A DNA stretch of 64,000 nt from assembly GCA_044345405.1 (NCBI GenBank), contig JBIJBE010000010.1, positions 28,363 to 92,362 on the forward strand, in the 5' to 3' direction. The translations under genes were made by a program, and so were the position numbers. Below are positions 10,437-19,640 of the stretch, piece after piece. The notes beneath the pieces were generated by a model, which searched no databases, was not told where the DNA came from, and was given only the letters and a program-made list of their open reading frames with translations. How positions within the stretch are numbered: the first letter of the stretch is position 1; each line of letters opens with the position of its first letter. This DNA is from Bdellovibrionota bacterium. GTDB lineage: Bacteria; Bdellovibrionota_C; UBA2361; OMII01.

Positions 10437-10526
10437 TCATTGGCCTTCGCTGACCAAAGTCATTTCAACTTTGTTTAGTTGAAGGTTAAGTGCTTGCCAG
10501 GAGAGGAGTTGTCGAGTATCAAGTAC

Positions 10527-10732
10527 GCACCGACTTCAACAGCTTACTGGAAAACAGTCAAAGTTCGAACGAACATAGAGTGTTTCCTTGGGTTTAAGTA
10601 CTCAAAGCTGAAGAGGTTCGGGCGGAAAGGCCTCTGGGCGATCTGTTGCAGAACCGAACCCCGTAACTAAGGGTGTATGGGGTTGCAGCGTTCAAACGGG
10701 TTCCGAGTGTCAAAGGTCAGCTGAGTCGGCGC
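10527..10732 (+). ncRNA. Candidate multi-branched structured RNA (pal leader)
   Basis: Closing helix 10527-38/10722-32 enclosing several nested hairpins (see findings). Confidence 0.45.
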
Positions 10733-10800
10733 CACGTTTTCAGTGTGCGGTGTAAAACTGGTCTTTACATGTTTTAATCCACTTTTGAGGAGATAGAGAT

Positions 10801-11235
10801 ATGCGAAGTTTGAAGGTATTAGCCGTTTGCGCTATTGCTCTCATGGTAACTGGTTGTTCATGCCGCACGAACACCGGTGAGGGAAATATCGGTAGTGGAG
10901 ATGGAGGACCTCTCAAGGACATCCATTTCGCTTTCGATTCTTACAAGGTAGACGCTACAGCTAAGAGCATCGTTGCTGGAAACGCTGAGTGGCTCAAGGC
11001 TAACCCTGGCAAGACTGTACAGGTAGAAGGTCACACCGACGAGCGTGGAACTGCTGAGTACAACATGGTGCTTGGATCGAACCGAGCTCGTGCTGCTGCT
11101 GACGCTCTCCGCGCAGAGGGAATCGATGCTTCCAGCCTTAGCACTGTTAGCTATGGTGAGGAGCTTCCAGTAGATCCTCGTCACAATGAAGAGGCATGGG
11201 CTAAGAACCGTCGTGCTCACTTCAAGGTGAACTAA
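10801..11235 (+). CDS. pal: Peptidoglycan-associated lipoprotein
   Basis: Lipobox VTGC; IHFAFDS, VEGHTDERGT, SYGEE, NRRA. Confidence 0.96.
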   Translation: MRSLKVLAVCAIALMVTGCSCRTNTGEGNIGSGDGGPLKDIHFAFDSYKVDATAKSIVAGNAEWLKANPGKTVQVEGHTDERGTAEYNMVLGSNRARAAADALRAEGIDASSLSTVSYGEELPVDPRHNEEAWAKNRRAHFKVN

Positions 11236-11298
11236 ATAGATCTCGCCGCGTAAGCTTCGCAAGTTACGTCTTGCGATGAAAACAAGGCGGATTTATAT

Positions 11299-11342
11299 GG
11301 ACCCTAGGGAGAAGGTATACTTCCCCTAGGGTCTTTTCTTTT
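11299..11342 (+). terminator. Intrinsic terminator after pal
   Basis: GACCCTAGGG...CCCTAGGGTC followed by TTTTCTTTT. Confidence 0.8.
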
Positions 11343-11345
11343 GGG

Positions 11346-12059
11346 ATGTTTCTAACTATGCGCAGAGTTGTTTTGGTTGGCGTCGTCGCTCTCTTTTCCG
11401 GGTGTGCCGCGGGTGGTGGAAGTATTAAATCACTAGAGCGGAGTATCGCCGACCTTCGCGCGATGCAATCCGAGCAAACTGATGCGCTCAGCTCACTTGA
11501 TTCTCAGCTTCGAACGCTCGCTGGTCGAGTAGAGGAGCTCGAGTTCTCTCAGAACAAGCGGATCGGTTCCGAGGTCTCGGCTCTCAAGGAGGACCTCTCT
11601 AACCTGAAACGTCTCGTGCCTCCTCCCGCCGCTGTTCCCGTTCCTGAACTCGAAGCCGATGAGGAGTGGGCATCGAACCTCCCTGCTGAGCAGGCGCAGA
11701 TATTCGTTGATGGTCTCGGTCTCATTCGAGAGGGTAAATTCGCTGATGCGCTCCCTCTGTTGAAGGAGGTTTCCGAGCGAACTGCGGGGACCCCAAAGTC
11801 TGCTGTTCCTCTCTTCTGGCAGGGAATCGCGCACGATGGACTGGCTGACAATAGAGGGGCTCTAAGGGCCTACACGGAGGTCGCCACGCGCTTTCCTAAG
11901 AGCAACCGGGCCCCGACAGCCCTCTATCGCCAAGCGCTTGTTCTGGCCCGTTTAGGGGACCGTAAGACGGCGACCTTGAGTCTCAGAAAGCTCGTGGATG
12001 ACTATCCGAAGTCTCCAGAGGCGCCGATGGCTAAAGACAAGATAAAAGAGCTAAAGTAG
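11346..12059 (+). CDS. cpoB: Tol-Pal TPR protein CpoB/YbgF
   Basis: Lipobox FSGC, coiled coil, TPR (RFPKSNRAPTALY...YPKS); follows pal. Confidence 0.85.
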   Translation: MFLTMRRVVLVGVVALFSGCAAGGGSIKSLERSIADLRAMQSEQTDALSSLDSQLRTLAGRVEELEFSQNKRIGSEVSALKEDLSNLKRLVPPPAAVPVPELEADEEWASNLPAEQAQIFVDGLGLIREGKFADALPLLKEVSERTAGTPKSAVPLFWQGIAHDGLADNRGALRAYTEVATRFPKSNRAPTALYRQALVLARLGDRKTATLSLRKLVDDYPKSPEAPMAKDKIKELK

Positions 12060-12096
12060 CCTCTACGCGGTAACCCCGCTTACCCCTGACGGGGAG

Positions 12097-13065
12097 TTGT
12101 TCCCGAGCGTACGAGCTTGCATGACCCGATCTACCGTTCCACACCTGCTCCGTTTTCCGGCACCGGTCCCCTCGCGTTTACGGGGCGGAGTGGTGACCCT
12201 TGGGAATTTTGATGGTGTTCATCTGGGACACCGGCATGTCATTACCGCGCTCAATGAGGTCGCGGGGGAACGCCCCCGTATCGTCGTCTCGTTTTATCCG
12301 CACCCGGTTCGTGTCCTTCGGGGCGATAAAGAGCCACGCGCGTTGAGTAGCTTTCGTGAGAAGTGGGAGCGGCTCGGCGAACTCGGTGTTGAGCTCCTCT
12401 ACGGAATTCACTTCACCCGGGATTTCTCAAAGGTCACCGCCAAGCAATTTATTGAGCGAGTCCTTGTGGAAGCTCTCGGCGCGAAGGAGCTTGTGGTGGG
12501 AGAGGATGTGGCTATCGGCCACAAGCGAGAGGGAGATCTCGCGTACCTCCAACGAGAGCTTCCCGCCTATGGGATTGCGTTGCGTGTAGTTTCTAAACGT
12601 CTTGAAGAGGGAGAGCGACCGAGCTCTCGACGGATTCGGCAGCTTCTTCTTGAGGGCGATGTGCGGGGCGCGGCGACCCTCCTTGGCGCGCCGTTCACTA
12701 TTTCGTCCCGTGTAGGTCACGGCGATAAGCGGGGACGTCAGATCGGTTTTCCGACCGCGAATATTATGTGCGGAACACGATTGCTTCCGAAGCGAGGCGT
12801 GTACGGGTGTCAGGTGAATATTGAGGGACGGGACTACGAGGGGGTCGCGAATATCGGACTCCGTCCAACCTTCAATGGAGTAGGTGAGCGGCTTGAGGTT
12901 CATATCTTGAACGAACATTTCCCGAGTCTCTATGGCCGGCGATTGCACGTGAGCTTCATCGATCGATTGCGAGATGAGCTCAAATTCAATTCAGTTGATG
13001 AGCTGAAAGCGCAGATAGCGCGAGACATCGACGACGCTACGCGGAGGTTGCGCCATGGCGGATAA
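12097..13065 (+). CDS. ribF: Riboflavin kinase/FAD synthetase
   Basis: GNFDGVHLGH, GFPTAN, NIGLRPTF, EVHIL. Confidence 0.97.
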   Translation: MFPSVRACMTRSTVPHLLRFPAPVPSRLRGGVVTLGNFDGVHLGHRHVITALNEVAGERPRIVVSFYPHPVRVLRGDKEPRALSSFREKWERLGELGVELLYGIHFTRDFSKVTAKQFIERVLVEALGAKELVVGEDVAIGHKREGDLAYLQRELPAYGIALRVVSKRLEEGERPSSRRIRQLLLEGDVRGAATLLGAPFTISSRVGHGDKRGRQIGFPTANIMCGTRLLPKRGVYGCQVNIEGRDYEGVANIGLRPTFNGVGERLEVHILNEHFPSLYGRRLHVSFIDRLRDELKFNSVDELKAQIARDIDDATRRLRHGG

Positions 13066-14029
13066 CGTTCATGTTCTGGAGCATCAGGGGAATGAGGCGC
13101 GACTTGATAAGATTATCGTCGAGCGTCTCGCCCAGACCTTGATGTGTAGTCGCTCGCAGGTTGAGCGCTGGATTGAGGAGGGCGCTGTCTCTGTTAACGG
13201 CAAGGTCGTTGTGAAGCCGGCGTTTAAGGTTGGTGATGGCGCTCGCATACAGGTTGTCGCGCCGAGCGAAGATAAGACTCACCTCAAGCCATTAGACTTT
13301 CCACTTGAGATCCTCTTTGAGGATGCCCACCTGATCGTACTTAATAAGCCAGCTGGCATCTCGATGCATCCAGGGGCTGGAAACGATACGCATACTATCG
13401 CGAACGCGGTGGTGCATCATGTTGGTAAAAAACAACTTTCAGTAGGTGAGTCCGATCGTCCCGGTATCGTGCATCGGCTCGATAAGGACACGACAGGGGT
13501 TGTCGTTGTCGCGAAATCGACACCGGTTCACGCGGCGCTCTCTCGTCAGTTCGCTGATCGAAGTGTCGGCCGATCGTACCTCGCCCTAGTGTACTCAACG
13601 CCACGCGCGGTTCGCGCGATTCAAGCCAGCGAAGAAGGTGAGGTATCCGCGCCGATCGGGCGTCACCCCACGAATCGCAAGATTATGACGATCGCCGAGC
13701 ATGGACGCCCCGCGACGACCTTGTGGAAGGTGCAGGAGCGGTTTCCGCATGGAACGCTCGTTGAGTGTACGCTCAAGACAGGGCGCACCCATCAGATCCG
13801 TGTGCATATGACCTCGATCGGATCTCCTGTGATAGGTGATCCAGCGTACGGTGATTTCGCGAATCTTCCGAAGCCTCTTCGTGACGCGGCGGGGCTCCTT
13901 GGGCGACAGGCCCTGCACGCGGCGACTCTTTCCTTTACCCATCCGAAAACGAAGGAGCGTCTCTCCTTCTCAGCGCCGGTCCCTGAGGATTTTCAACGGC
14001 TCATCGCGGCGTTTCGTGGAGCGCTGTGA
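13055..14029 (+). CDS. rluD: RluA/RluD pseudouridine synthase
   Basis: S4 domain, GIVHRLDKDTTG, TGRTHQIRVH. Confidence 0.93.
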   Translation: MADNVHVLEHQGNEARLDKIIVERLAQTLMCSRSQVERWIEEGAVSVNGKVVVKPAFKVGDGARIQVVAPSEDKTHLKPLDFPLEILFEDAHLIVLNKPAGISMHPGAGNDTHTIANAVVHHVGKKQLSVGESDRPGIVHRLDKDTTGVVVVAKSTPVHAALSRQFADRSVGRSYLALVYSTPRAVRAIQASEEGEVSAPIGRHPTNRKIMTIAEHGRPATTLWKVQERFPHGTLVECTLKTGRTHQIRVHMTSIGSPVIGDPAYGDFANLPKPLRDAAGLLGRQALHAATLSFTHPKTKERLSFSAPVPEDFQRLIAAFRGAL

Positions 14030-14035
14030 GGAGGC

Positions 14036-14785
14036 GTGATGAATCCTCGCTTTGAGATTATCGACCATAACGGATTGCGTCTCCTCGTGTATCGTCCTTG
14101 GTGGGAGGAGGGGATCGTGCATGGAATGACCCTCGGGCCGATCTCATTTGGTGGTGATGCGCTTGTTTCCTCGGTGGGTGATGTGTATCGAGCCACCGGT
14201 CTCTCGATGCTCGCGAATCCCCAGCAGACGCACGGCGATCGTTTTTTTGACGCCCGTTGCTCGGCTGATACTGTCGCGTTGATGTCGCCCGAGGGTTCGC
14301 TCCTTCGGTTCGGTGAATACGATAGTGTGATAGCGCCACGAACTCAGAATATTCCGGGAGAGCGGGTTGGGTACGCGATCGCGACGGCGGATTGCGTGCC
14401 CGTAGTCCTTCGCGGTTCCTCAGGGTGGGGACTCGTTCACGCCGGCTGGCGGGGACTCGCAAACGGTATCGTCGGAAAGGTGGCTCACGCGTTAGGCGAC
14501 GTTCTTGAGGCCGCTATCTTCGCGTGCGCTGGAGGTGAGGTGTATGAGGTGGGTCCTGAGGTTATTGAGGCGATAGGAGAGACCGCATGGTATCGAGCTG
14601 CTCCGAACGGGAAATTTCTCCTCGATACAGCCGAGACCGCCGCAGTTCAGCTCCGTTCGGTCGCGCCATCGGAAGGTATTGAAAAGTCAGGGGTCTGTAC
14701 GATCCGTGATCACCGATTCTACTCTCACCGGCGCGATGGTGAGAGGGCGGGGCGTTCGATAACGTTCGTCGCGCCGTCTAGTTAG
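14036..14785 (+). CDS. pgeF: PgeF/YfiH laccase-domain protein
   Basis: QTHG, TADCVPV, HAGWRG, FYSHRR; follows rluD. Confidence 0.9.
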   Translation: MMNPRFEIIDHNGLRLLVYRPWWEEGIVHGMTLGPISFGGDALVSSVGDVYRATGLSMLANPQQTHGDRFFDARCSADTVALMSPEGSLLRFGEYDSVIAPRTQNIPGERVGYAIATADCVPVVLRGSSGWGLVHAGWRGLANGIVGKVAHALGDVLEAAIFACAGGEVYEVGPEVIEAIGETAWYRAAPNGKFLLDTAETAAVQLRSVAPSEGIEKSGVCTIRDHRFYSHRRDGERAGRSITFVAPSS

Positions 14786-14831
14786 AGCTTCCTCATAGAA
14801 CAGAGCTTTAGGCGAAACCATATCGTTGCGC

Positions 14832-14864
14832 GGGAACGTTTACGTGTACGAGCACGTTTACGAG
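14832..14864 (+). repeat. ACG-hexamer repeat arm (solo)
   Basis: GGGA-ACGTTT-ACGTGT-ACGAGC-ACGTTT-ACGAG. Confidence 0.8.
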
Positions 14865-14986
14865 GCTCGGCGGTGTTTTGTTGAATCGTACTCGAAAAAT
14901 TTCTACAAAGTTCCACGGTCTGAGGGTATACTGAGGGTCACAGTGCTGTACGTAAGAAGTGTCTTGAACGCGGGAGGAGATCCGGG

Positions 14987-15199
14987 ATGGAGAGTCACGA
15001 GCGAGAGCTTATTGAGAGAGCGGTAGAGAGTAACTTCGAACTTAAAAAGCTCTACACGCAGCACCAAGAATTAGACACAAAACTTAAAAAGCTCGGGAAG
15101 CAAAGCTTCCTGACCGCGCAAGAAGAGGCTGAGGAGCGTCGCTTAAAGCAGATGAAGCTTCGCGGTGTTGAGAAGATGCTGAAGCTCGCGGCGTCGTAG
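14987..15199 (+). CDS. YdcH/DUF465-like small coiled-coil protein
   Basis: 70 aa with strong GGAGGAG RBS; pattern LYxxHxELD...LTxxEExE.xxLKxxKL. Confidence 0.8.
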   Translation: MESHERELIERAVESNFELKKLYTQHQELDTKLKKLGKQSFLTAQEEAEERRLKQMKLRGVEKMLKLAAS

Positions 15200-15236
15200 G
15201 TCTGACGCTCCGCATACGCGCGGTGAGCGATAAAGT

Positions 15237-15602
15237 TTACGCAAGGTCATTGCCACCCTGATAGTCCATTAGGAAATCTTCGACCTCTCTCAAGTTGCTC
15301 ACAGTTAGGCGAATTGGGGTGCCCTCTCTCTCCCCGGAGATGATGTATCCATCCTCCCCATGCTGAACGAATATGCACGGCTTCATAGCTGCGAGGCGAT
15401 CAAGATGCCACGCGTTCTGTAACGCTGCTCGGGTGCCTGGTGTAACGGCGAGGTAGCCCCTAGAGCGGGCAATTTCCAGACGCGCGTGTTCATCCTTACG
15501 GAGGCGATGTCGGATCTGACGACTCCCGATCCTTCCCTTTGATGGCTTGCCCCGTATCAGTCGAGCGACATCGTCCTTGGTTGGCATTGGTTCTTTGCTC
15601 AT
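15237..15602 (-). CDS. Hypothetical basic protein
   Basis: 121 aa, GAGGT RBS, Arg-rich GSRQIRHRL motif. Confidence 0.7.
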   Translation of the reverse strand: MSKEPMPTKDDVARLIRGKPSKGRIGSRQIRHRLRKDEHARLEIARSRGYLAVTPGTRAALQNAWHLDRLAAMKPCIFVQHGEDGYIISGEREGTPIRLTVSNLREVEDFLMDYQGGNDLA

Positions 15603-15615
15603 TACCTCAACCGTA

Positions 15616-15861
15616 TCAAATGGTCGGAGATCTCCGATAGGGGCACGGTTGGGTTGGCTGCGCCGCGAGCTGGACGTTCGACTGTTTCCTGTCTATATGC
15701 GACATGCCGCCAGATGGAATGTCTCTGTCCTTGCAAAATATCGGATGAGAATTTGGGTACATAGCTCGGTCAGATATGCTACGGAGTTGATCCCTGACCT
15801 TACCCAGCCCACTCCTGACTGCCGCGTTTAAACCCTGCGCGAAGATCGTTTGCGTCATCAA
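15616..15861 (-). CDS. Possible small hypothetical protein
   Basis: 81-aa ORF co-oriented with and abutting its neighbours; no family recognised. Confidence 0.3.
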   Translation of the reverse strand: MMTQTIFAQGLNAAVRSGLGKVRDQLRSISDRAMYPNSHPIFCKDRDIPSGGMSHIDRKQSNVQLAAQPTQPCPYRRSPTI

Positions 15862-15912
15862 TATTTTCGGCGATCGGCATGTTCCCCATAGCTTTGGCAG
15901 CGAGGGAGCCCG

Positions 15913-16965
15913 TCAGCACCCTTTCGCTGAAGCTACAGGGCACAAGGAGACAGGCCCTTCGGATTGGTCGCGCACAATATCAAAACCTTTCGACCCTACG
16001 ATCGTTTCCCCGTTCTTCACCATCCACCCCACATCTCCCCACTGGCGCAAGATTCGACTGGAAGGCGCCCCTCTGATAACCAGATACTTCACAAACGCCT
16101 CTCCATCCGTCGCGGAGGGGCCGCGAACCGCGGCTCCACGAGATGTTTTCACCGGCATCCCCGTTCGCGGATCAAAGATGTGAGCGTAGGCGATACCGTT
16201 AATCACAAAGGGTGTGCCCCGCGCCCGTGAAACCGAGAGCGTCTCATCCCGCAGTTCGACCGGTCCATCCGAGGATCCCTCGCTCAGGGCGAGCTCCATC
16301 CTCCAGCCCGGCGCGCCGGGTGGCGTTCCGATGGCGGCGATACTACTGCGTCCGAAGTTGATAAAAGCGTGTCGCACACCGCGCGATTTGAGGTAGGTGG
16401 ACATAGAGTCCACTGCGTATCCCTTGCCGATACCGCCTGTTTCGATCCTGACCGCGGGATACCTCTTGCCGAGGGTCGATGGGGGAGAAGTGTTGATGTT
16501 TGAGGGGGAGATGAGCGTTTTTACGCGGGCGATAGCTGATGGTGATGGGGTCACACCGGTCTTGGCAGCCGCTTCCCACATCTCAACGAGGGGACGCACC
16601 CCGATGGTGAAAGCGTGATCAGTTTTGTCTGAGAGCTCCTGTGAGCGCACGACAAGCGCGAAGAGGTCAGGATCGACTGGCCGTAGCCCAGTGGAGGTAT
16701 CTCGATTAAAGACGCTCACCGGACTCTCCGACTTCCAGGTGCTCAACACGGAGTCGAGGCGCTCAGCTATCGTGAATGTGTCATTGAGGATCTCGCGTCC
16801 ATCGCGCTGGGAGGGCGCGAATATGGTGATGTCGAGCAGGGTGCCCATCACGTAACGGATCTCCGAGACCTGCTCAAGAGCCGGAGGAGGGGAGCTGTCG
16901 TGCGACATCCCTGAGCATCCGATACAGAGGCTCATCGCTAGTAGGAAGAAGTGAGTAACTCGCAT
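15913..16965 (-). CDS. apbE: FAD:protein FMN transferase (ApbE) lipoprotein
   Basis: VMGT, GGIGKGYAVD, HIFDPRTG; likely start MRVTHFF at about 16965, followed by a signal peptide with Cys. Confidence 0.92.
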   Translation of the reverse strand: MRVTHFFLLAMSLCIGCSGMSHDSSPPPALEQVSEIRYVMGTLLDITIFAPSQRDGREILNDTFTIAERLDSVLSTWKSESPVSVFNRDTSTGLRPVDPDLFALVVRSQELSDKTDHAFTIGVRPLVEMWEAAAKTGVTPSPSAIARVKTLISPSNINTSPPSTLGKRYPAVRIETGGIGKGYAVDSMSTYLKSRGVRHAFINFGRSSIAAIGTPPGAPGWRMELALSEGSSDGPVELRDETLSVSRARGTPFVINGIAYAHIFDPRTGMPVKTSRGAAVRGPSATDGEAFVKYLVIRGAPSSRILRQWGDVGWMVKNGETIVGSKGFDIVRDQSEGPVSLCPVASAKGC

Positions 16966-16970
16966 GAGAC

Positions 16971-17486
16971 CTACGATGGTCGAGGTCGTTGCGCCGAGTC
17001 TGCATAGGCGTTGCGTTTCGACATCGCCACTGACCATGCCGAGAGAGCGATCGTCGTGATCAGCGAGAGCTGCAGGATCACAAATGAAGCTATCTTCATA
17101 TACGCGAAGAGAGGGCTCACGAACACGATCAACCATCCGGAGGCCTCATCAAGAAACGCGCTCGTGAACGCGGCCACTATCAGCACAACCTTGAGCAATC
17201 CGTTAACCGGCACAAAGAGGAGTAGGTGCATGAGGGATACTAAAAATATCCCCATCGCGAAGAGGTGGAAGTGACTAACCTCCATGAGCCCCCGGATACT
17301 CTTCGGGCGGGTGAACTTTTCAGGCGAGCCGAGGTAGTGTTCCACGACCCCTTGGTAGCTCAATCCCATCTCCATGTAGAGTCCGAAATTCGTGAGCCAA
17401 AAAGCGAAACAGTAAAAGAGAAAGAAGAGCACGATCACTCGTAAGAGCGTATTACGACTCCATTCGCCGGTGATGATAAATCGCAT
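16971..17486 (-). CDS. Four-TM membrane protein with His residues in TM2
   Basis: 171 aa, hydrophobic; EVSHFHLFAM...LMH. Confidence 0.8.
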   Translation of the reverse strand: MRFIITGEWSRNTLLRVIVLFFLFYCFAFWLTNFGLYMEMGLSYQGVVEHYLGSPEKFTRPKSIRGLMEVSHFHLFAMGIFLVSLMHLLLFVPVNGLLKVVLIVAAFTSAFLDEASGWLIVFVSPLFAYMKIASFVILQLSLITTIALSAWSVAMSKRNAYADSAQRPRPS

Positions 17487-18079
17487 TACTTCGTTTCCTT
17501 AAGGAGAACTTCGAACGAGGCCCGAACCGCTCGAACACCGTCCGATAATCCGTTCACGGTCAGGGTGGATCCTGCTATCGGAGCGAGTCCTTGTCCAGGC
17601 ACTAAATCCTGCATCGGTTTAGGACCCTCGAGCTGTTTAAGCCACGTATCTGTTGGTTGATAGTCAGAGGGTTCGTGAAACGCGAGAAGCACGACCTTTT
17701 GAACAACTCGGTCCGGTGATACGACCACCATGAATACGGCCAAGTTAGTCCGCATGACTCGCGAATCGATGACCGCGTATCCGAGCAATTCCCCGTTTCG
17801 CCGACCCTCGAAGTATTGAAAGAAGGATGAGGTAAGTTTCGTTTGCGCGAGCTCCTCGATGACCGCTTTCTGGTCTGCGGAGATCTTTTGGGTGCGGGAG
17901 GTCATCTGAGTCCCGGGGCCGAAGGCCGCTTCCATCGCCTCGTCTTGGGCTAAGAATACCTCCGCGCGCGCGGAGAGGGGAGACCCCGCGACGCACAGAG
18001 CAAGGAGTAAGGATGGGAGGAGGCGGAGCGTGGAACCCCGTCGCCGTTTATCCCCGTGGAGATACTCCCCCTTCACCAT
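17486..18079 (-). CDS. FMN-binding (flavinylation substrate) protein
   Basis: Signal peptide; FHEP..Y.P...WL.Q and PIAGSTLT (a variant of the [S/T]GA[S/T] site); in the same operon as apbE. Confidence 0.85.
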   Translation of the reverse strand: MVKGEYLHGDKRRRGSTLRLLPSLLLALCVAGSPLSARAEVFLAQDEAMEAAFGPGTQMTSRTQKISADQKAVIEELAQTKLTSSFFQYFEGRRNGELLGYAVIDSRVMRTNLAVFMVVVSPDRVVQKVVLLAFHEPSDYQPTDTWLKQLEGPKPMQDLVPGQGLAPIAGSTLTVNGLSDGVRAVRASFEVLLKETK

Positions 18080-18091
18080 CCTTGATCCCTC

Positions 18092-19471
18092 TTAGTATAC
18101 GAAGCCAAGACCCAACGCGACCACATCAGCTGGTGGTGTTGGACCATCAACTTGGTAGTTCTTGTAATCGGCCTTGATTACAACCTTGTCGACGGGCTTG
18201 TAGGATAGTCCGACCGTGTAGATCGTTTGATCGAGCGAACCATCCCTAGGGAAGCCGGACGGAACCGCGGCTTGGGTGTCCATCCGCTCATAGCGGAAGA
18301 ACGGAGCAACGCTTTGCCGAGTACCGCTCACAAGATGAGGAAGGATATCGTAGGCTCCCTCAACATACCATCCGTCCTGGCGACTTCCGATCGTCTCTTC
18401 GTTCTGCTCGCTAACGTCGGCTGCATTCTGAATTCCCGTCCAGGCGCCCAGCGCGCGGAGTTGGAGCTGTCGGTAGTTATATTGAGCGTGAGCCGAGCCG
18501 ATCGTTGTGAGAACGGTTGGGTAGCTCCCATCGAACTCTTCATTCTGTCCCGATCCACCTACCCAGAAGGAGCTTCCAACAAGGAGTCCTGGAACTGCGT
18601 CAGGGGTAAAATCAAGACGTCCAGTCCACGCTACGTCCTCGAAGAGGGCTTGGTTACCCTTTTGTCGTCCATCTCGGATACCGGTATCCTCAAATCGTGA
18701 CGCTCGAAGTCCGTTTACCAGGTAGGTTCGGTACTCGAGTTTTCCACCCGCGTCTCCTTGGCCGAAGAATCCCATACCTATCTCGCGCCACGTCGTTGGG
18801 ATGATGTATCGCTCTACATCCGGGCGAATAACGCCGTAGAAGTAGTTCGGCTCATGGATTTCGTTGATGAAACCCATGGGGATGAGCACGTTACCGGCTC
18901 GCACGTTGAATTGCTTCTCAAGGAGGAAGTCGAGGTAGGCGAACTCAACCGAGACCTCTCCACCTTTGTCGCCAGAGTCTCCGCCGATATCATCGGTCGT
19001 GCCGTGCTCAAGCTCGATCTCTGAGTTGAAGAGGATGTTATCGCTGAACTTGTACCCAATATAGGTGACCAGGCGGAGCGTATCCGCTTTATTGTCCTTA
19101 CCGTCCGCGTTATCTACGTAGGCCTGGTAATTCGCCTCACCGTATCCACCGATCGAAAGACCGCTCGATACGTTATAGACGCTTGATGCGGCCGGACCCA
19201 TACCCCACTGGCTCTTGAGCTCTTTCTTCTCAGGAAGGAGTTGCCCAATCCGGGTTTGTTTAATCTCGCTCGCAAGCGATGTGGTGGTCTCCTCAACCTT
19301 TTTGTCCTGCTCCACGATCTTCTTGTCCTGGTCGTTCAGCTTGGCCTCAAGAGCGGCCAAGCGCTCTTTGAGGAGCTTAATCTCATCCCGATCATCGGCG
19401 AGCGCTGTTGAGGGGAGGGCGGAGGTTAGAAGAGCCGCGGATGCAAAGAGGCTCTTTGCTAATCGTTTCAT
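18092..19471 (-). CDS. Outer-membrane porin (OprO/P-like beta-barrel) with N-terminal coiled coil
   Basis: Signal peptide, SIGGYGE, FNSEIELEH, VEFAYLDF, HEP, C-terminal LGLGFVY. Confidence 0.85.
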   Translation of the reverse strand: MKRLAKSLFASAALLTSALPSTALADDRDEIKLLKERLAALEAKLNDQDKKIVEQDKKVEETTTSLASEIKQTRIGQLLPEKKELKSQWGMGPAASSVYNVSSGLSIGGYGEANYQAYVDNADGKDNKADTLRLVTYIGYKFSDNILFNSEIELEHGTTDDIGGDSGDKGGEVSVEFAYLDFLLEKQFNVRAGNVLIPMGFINEIHEPNYFYGVIRPDVERYIIPTTWREIGMGFFGQGDAGGKLEYRTYLVNGLRASRFEDTGIRDGRQKGNQALFEDVAWTGRLDFTPDAVPGLLVGSSFWVGGSGQNEEFDGSYPTVLTTIGSAHAQYNYRQLQLRALGAWTGIQNAADVSEQNEETIGSRQDGWYVEGAYDILPHLVSGTRQSVAPFFRYERMDTQAAVPSGFPRDGSLDQTIYTVGLSYKPVDKVVIKADYKNYQVDGPTPPADVVALGLGFVY

Positions 19472-19511
19472 GTGTTTAGTTCCTGAAAAGCCTCGTTTCC
19501 GCGGTATGATC

Positions 19512-19528
19512 TGTGAATTAGAATCACA
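19512..19528. promoter_or_regulatory. Palindromic operator (possibly Fur-like) upstream of the porin-ApbE operon
   Basis: TGTGA-ATTAGAA-TCACA, downstream of a minus-strand TTGACA (19545-19550). Confidence 0.4.
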
Positions 19529-19640
19529 ACGGAGAAGCGAGATGTGTCAAAACGCCGCTATGTGTATCAGTAGGGCGTTTGGCATGTCAAGCAGGGGTGC
19601 GGGTTATATGAGTCAGAATCGTACTTCAGCTGTTTTTTTC

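Noticed and set aside
15021-15031. Third copy of the leader motif (GGTAGAGAGT)
   Set aside because: Lies inside a CDS and lacks the AGCGATGCC hairpin; chance match.
19512-19528. CRP site
   Set aside because: The spacer is 7 nt rather than 6; treated as a different operator.
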